57,893 nucleotides of DNA. Origin: Verrucomicrobiota bacterium. Lineage in GTDB: Bacteria > Verrucomicrobiota > Verrucomicrobiia > Opitutales > Seribacteraceae. The stretch is from assembly GCA_027622665.1 (NCBI GenBank), contig JAQBYT010000023.1, positions 1 through 57,893 of the forward strand, read 5' to 3'. Positions 54,505 through 57,893 of the stretch are shown in pieces. Under the pieces are notes generated by a model, which worked only from the letters and a program-made list of their open reading frames with translations, was not told the origin of the DNA and searched no databases. Each line of letters opens with the position of its first letter. Positions within the stretch are counted from its first letter, which is position 1. The position numbers and the translations under genes are program-made.

Positions 54505-56409
54505 GTGAGCCGGGAAATTCTCACCCTCTTGTTTTTGCTTGGTGTAGGAGTTAGGGTATTCGCCGATGTTGGTGATCCCCAGATACGCACGGACCATCCA
54601 TGGTATCCCGGCGAACTCGCCATATCCACCTTCGACCGTTTATTCGCCACGCAAGCCGAGGCCTATGAACGGGCCACCGGTCGGCCCGTCGACTCTGACG
54701 AGAGCAAGGCATTGGCCTCTTGGTTTTGGCGCAACACCCACTACTGGCATGCCGAGGCCGGGCGGCGCGACTTATGGGGCGAAGGCCTTATCAAAGGGAA
54801 GGACAAGCGACTTCGCGAATACTGGAATGGCCTATTCGGCTATGGCTTTGGGCTCTGCGGCACTACCCATTCCCAATGGACCGCGGAGCTCGATCATTTA
54901 CTTGGGCATGCTCGGGGGCGTGGGGTTGGCGTGGCAGGTCACAATTCATTCGAGGTGTTTCTTAAGGGCGGTGCCTATGGCTCGGGCAAATGGGCTCTTC
55001 TTGACCATGATTTATCCACCGTGATCTTCGATGAATCCGGTCATCGCTTGTTAGGTATCTCCGAAGTCAACAAAGACGTCGATCGTTGGATTAACCGTGC
55101 GTACAAGCCTGAGAGGCAACGCGGTTGGTTGGTCTGCGGACTGCATCCGAGCGATGGGAATTCCTATCGAAAGTACGCCGTTGCCGAGTATTTGGCGGGC
55201 TACGCCGGTCCTCCGCCCATGCTGCGGTTGCGCCGTGGTGAGCGGATGCGACGTTACTTCGAACCCGGATTGGAAGACGGCAAGACCTTCGTGTTCTGGG
55301 GACGAAACTACAACACCGAGGGCATACCGGGTCCGGAGCGTTCGCGCACATGGGTAAACCAGCCCGAGAAAATGCAGGGCTCCAAGAATGGTACGCCCCA
55401 CCGCAATGGTCAGGCGCGCTTCGCCAACGTGACCTACGATTACAAACCGGACTTTATCGATGGCGATTACCGCGAAGGCATTGTCGGGGAGTCGGCGAAT
55501 CAGGTGACGTTCTCTTTCCAGACGCCCTACGTAATTGGAGCGACACCGCCCAACGAGAAGCCATGGGGAATCTATGACGATGGGTGTAGCAATGGGCTGA
55601 TCCTGCAGGGGAAGGCCAATTGCCCGGTGTCGGTGTCTTTGGATGACGGTCGCACGTGGACAGTTCCTCAGCCGTTCCGGGATGGCCTCGACTTAACGGA
55701 CTTGGTCAAGGGTCGTTCGCACTATTGGTTGCGCTTCGGGGTAGGGGTTCGCCAGTTGCGAAACACCGGTTTGGCCATCCGGACGGTTTGCCAGGCCAAT
55801 GTCGCGGTTTTGCCTCGGCTTAAGGACAACGCAACCACTATCAGCTTCGAAGCCTCCGGCAAAGAGGTGCTTTCGATTGGTCCCGAATTGAACCGGGCGA
55901 AATCCTACGTAAGCTCCGGCGGATTTGGCCAAAAGGAGGTCACCCTTTCTATCAAACCGAACAGGCCGGTCGTAGGGCTTTACGCATCCGCCCACGTTGC
56001 ATCCGGAAGCCCGCCGAACCCCAAGGTGCGCTATTATGTAGAGTACAGCTTGGATGCTGGAGAAAGTTGGCTTCCTGTGGTGAAGGGGCGCACGATACCG
56101 CGACGTGGGGACGAACCCGGAGACTTTTGGTCGCAGAGCTTTAGCTACGGCTCGTCCGCCATACGCTCCAAGGCCGGTAAGCCGATTCTGATTCGTTTCC
56201 ACAATGACGGAGGAAAGCGCTACCTGCGGGCTGAGGCCCATCTTGTCCAGGTAACCGGCCAACCGGACCCGGTCAAGGTAACTTATGCTTGGAACGATTC
56301 CGGGGGCGAGCGCCAAGAATCCCATATCTTTCGCGCCAAGGGCGAATGGGAGCTTCAAACCGGTCGGCAGGTTCGTACGCGTTGGGTGGAGTTCGAACCT
56401 ATTCCGTAA
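54505..56409 (+). CDS. secreted protein with a transglutaminase-like Cys-His-Asp core
   Basis: Signal peptide; YGFGLCGT, GHNSFEVF, WALLDHD; beta-sandwich-like C-terminal part. Confidence 0.7.
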   Translation: MSREILTLLFLLGVGVRVFADVGDPQIRTDHPWYPGELAISTFDRLFATQAEAYERATGRPVDSDESKALASWFWRNTHYWHAEAGRRDLWGEGLIKGKDKRLREYWNGLFGYGFGLCGTTHSQWTAELDHLLGHARGRGVGVAGHNSFEVFLKGGAYGSGKWALLDHDLSTVIFDESGHRLLGISEVNKDVDRWINRAYKPERQRGWLVCGLHPSDGNSYRKYAVAEYLAGYAGPPPMLRLRRGERMRRYFEPGLEDGKTFVFWGRNYNTEGIPGPERSRTWVNQPEKMQGSKNGTPHRNGQARFANVTYDYKPDFIDGDYREGIVGESANQVTFSFQTPYVIGATPPNEKPWGIYDDGCSNGLILQGKANCPVSVSLDDGRTWTVPQPFRDGLDLTDLVKGRSHYWLRFGVGVRQLRNTGLAIRTVCQANVAVLPRLKDNATTISFEASGKEVLSIGPELNRAKSYVSSGGFGQKEVTLSIKPNRPVVGLYASAHVASGSPPNPKVRYYVEYSLDAGESWLPVVKGRTIPRRGDEPGDFWSQSFSYGSSAIRSKAGKPILIRFHNDGGKRYLRAEAHLVQVTGQPDPVKVTYAWNDSGGERQESHIFRAKGEWELQTGRQVRTRWVEFEPIP

Positions 56410-56450
56410 CGCCTGAACGATCCGAGTAAATGTGCCGGCATTCTCATGAT

Positions 56451-57047
56451 ATGCATCTTCGTCCGCCGGAAGGACGGTTCGATAACCGAAGAGGTATTCT
56501 AACTCGGATTGACGATCTGAAGCGTTCGGCGGACCAGACCCTTTCCTGAGTCGATTCTCTCCAACCAAATGCGTTCGACGTAATTATTGGTGGGGTTACC
56601 GAGGCTTTCGACCTATCCAAGGAAGACCCTCGCCTCGTGGAACGCGAGGACACTGGTGCCTTCACTATTTCCAAGGGCCTTCCCTAGAAAAAGAAAAACG
56701 GAAAGGCCATTCTCGTACAGGCTCCGCTCGCTCTCGGAAAACAAATGCTTATGGCCCGTCGCCTCTGTGACGCGGGATGTGGTTTCGTTACTGTTACGAG
56801 CAGGGGTTGGGACATGCATGGCAACGCTTTCGGCATCGACGATGGTATGCCCATCCTCGGTCCGGCAGTGGACAAGGCGGATAAGCTAGTCGGCCAACCG
56901 GTCGAAGACTTGGTGACCCCGAACATGCTTCTCGGAACCGTTATGAACACTCTTTTTGATCCTGGCCAAGTTCGCCTCCTCTCAAGCATCCGCGATGACG
57001 TAAAGAAAGCCGTCATAGACTCAAAGCCGATTCCCCAACTAGTCTAA
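56451..57047 (+). pseudogene. DUF1501 remnant, copy 6
   Basis: One frame with TGA (56547) and TAG (56685); AFDLSKEDP, LGKQMLMARRLCDAGCGFVTV...GWDMH; the GEFGRTP/GRDH block and the N-terminus are missing. Confidence 0.8.
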
Positions 57048-57378
57048 TCTGGTTAAGCTGATTTGTTGATCAAACCGCTTTAACTAAGTTTTATCCCATA
57101 GGTTGCCCGCCCTGTCTTGTTTGCTCTCGTTTTCGAGTATAACTCTCCTCGAGCTTCCGAATACGGAAAACATTGCTGCCGATAAGCCTAGGTAAAGTGC
57201 AATCATCGAGTCCTTTCGCAAGTTGAGGATTCCCTTGGGTATAGATCTAAAGAAGGGCAAGTATGGGTCTCTGGAATCCCATTTTGACGATGCGTATCTC
57301 ACCACTCCCGCTTTTTTATTTTAATTTTTAATTCAGTGGTAAATTGACGTATTCAGGCTGAAGAATTGTTGTGAAGAA

Positions 57379-57864
57379 ATGACGAACAAATTCATTCTCG
57401 GTCTCTGCTTTCTCATCCCGGTTTCTTTCCTCCCAGTTCTTGGCCAAAAGCCTGAGCTTTCGAGCCTGATCGAGCCGTTTGTCGAGCGTGATGCTCTCGC
57501 CGGAGCCGTCGTCGTAGTGGCTGACAAGGATGAGGAACTGACTGCTCAAAGCTTTGGTTTTTCCGATCGCAAATCGGAAAGGAAAATGTCCATTGATTCC
57601 ATTTTCTGGATCGCTTCGCAAAGCAAGCCGATGACGGCGGTAGCCGTCATGACCTTGGTGGACCAGGGAAAGATATCACTCGATGACCCGGTTGAGAAAT
57701 ACTTGCCCGAGTTTCGTTCCCAATTGGTGGTGGCGGAAAAGAAGGGGGAGCAAGTCATTCTGGAACCGCCCGTTCATCCGATCACCATTCGGGAAGTCTT
57801 GTCCCATATGTCCGGGCTGCCTTTCAAGTCGTCATTGAAATCATGTGCAATATTTCATGTTTAA
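57379..57864 (+). pseudogene. truncated serine hydrolase (beta-lactamase/class C family)
   Basis: Signal peptide, FWIASQSK (SxxK), LDDPVEKYLPEF, ITIREVLSHMSGL, then a stop at 161 aa; YxN and the C-terminal half are absent. Confidence 0.7.
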
Positions 57865-57893
57865 TTGCAGGCGGAAATTCACCATTAGCAACT

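Noticed and set aside
28991..56687. Stop-codon reassignment, selenocysteine or pyrrolysine readthrough at the in-frame TGA/TAG sites
   Set aside because: All three stops end intact genes here. The implied residues differ between sites (Q, W, R), and the lesions co-occur with frameshifts and deletions. The Rdx protein has plain CxxC.
57084..57305. 73-aa minus-strand ORF
   Set aside because: No recognisable motif or start context; it cannot be supported as a gene.

Overview
Bacterial genomic window with no rRNA, tRNA or CRISPR array that I could detect. The gene content (six DUF1501 copies, DUF1549/DUF1553 planctomycete-cytochrome proteins, an ACT-domain gene, MORN-variant remnants) points to a PVC-superphylum organism, most likely Verrucomicrobiota/Opitutales; this is an inference. 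All family calls come from motif recognition, not database searches. Layout: (i) 1-2.55 kb, three small toxin-antitoxin-type pairs (hicBA, brnT/brnA-like, DUF4160-like plus unknown partner), each bracketed by arms of one TGTC/CGTC-type palindromic repeat family, giving a cassette-array-like structure. (ii) 2.7-18.3 kb, a PVC module (3x DUF1501, DUF1549/1553, a PPC-domain protein, a cytochrome c-WD40 protein). The last two genes share an ungapped ~219-codon Ala/Thr/Lys coiled-coil insert, which in the WD40 protein is extended by a nested symmetric duplication. (iii) 18.3-23.1 kb, a sigma-54 activator divergent from a sigma-54 promoter upstream of an OlsF-like bifunctional acyltransferase and a lipoprotein. 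(iv) 23-42 kb, a second PSD1/DUF1501 pair and mostly housekeeping genes (xylB, rodA, RNase E/G, glycerate kinase, namZ), plus a 41-aa lipoprotein missing from the ORF track. (v) 42-57.9 kb, accessory genes (DUF1800/DUF1501, D-threonine aldolase family, PQQ-propeller, ilvD, transglutaminase-like protein) mixed with many gene remnants. Nonsense mutations, a frameshift and internal deletions (including in hpf) suggest ongoing erosion or an imperfect assembly consensus.
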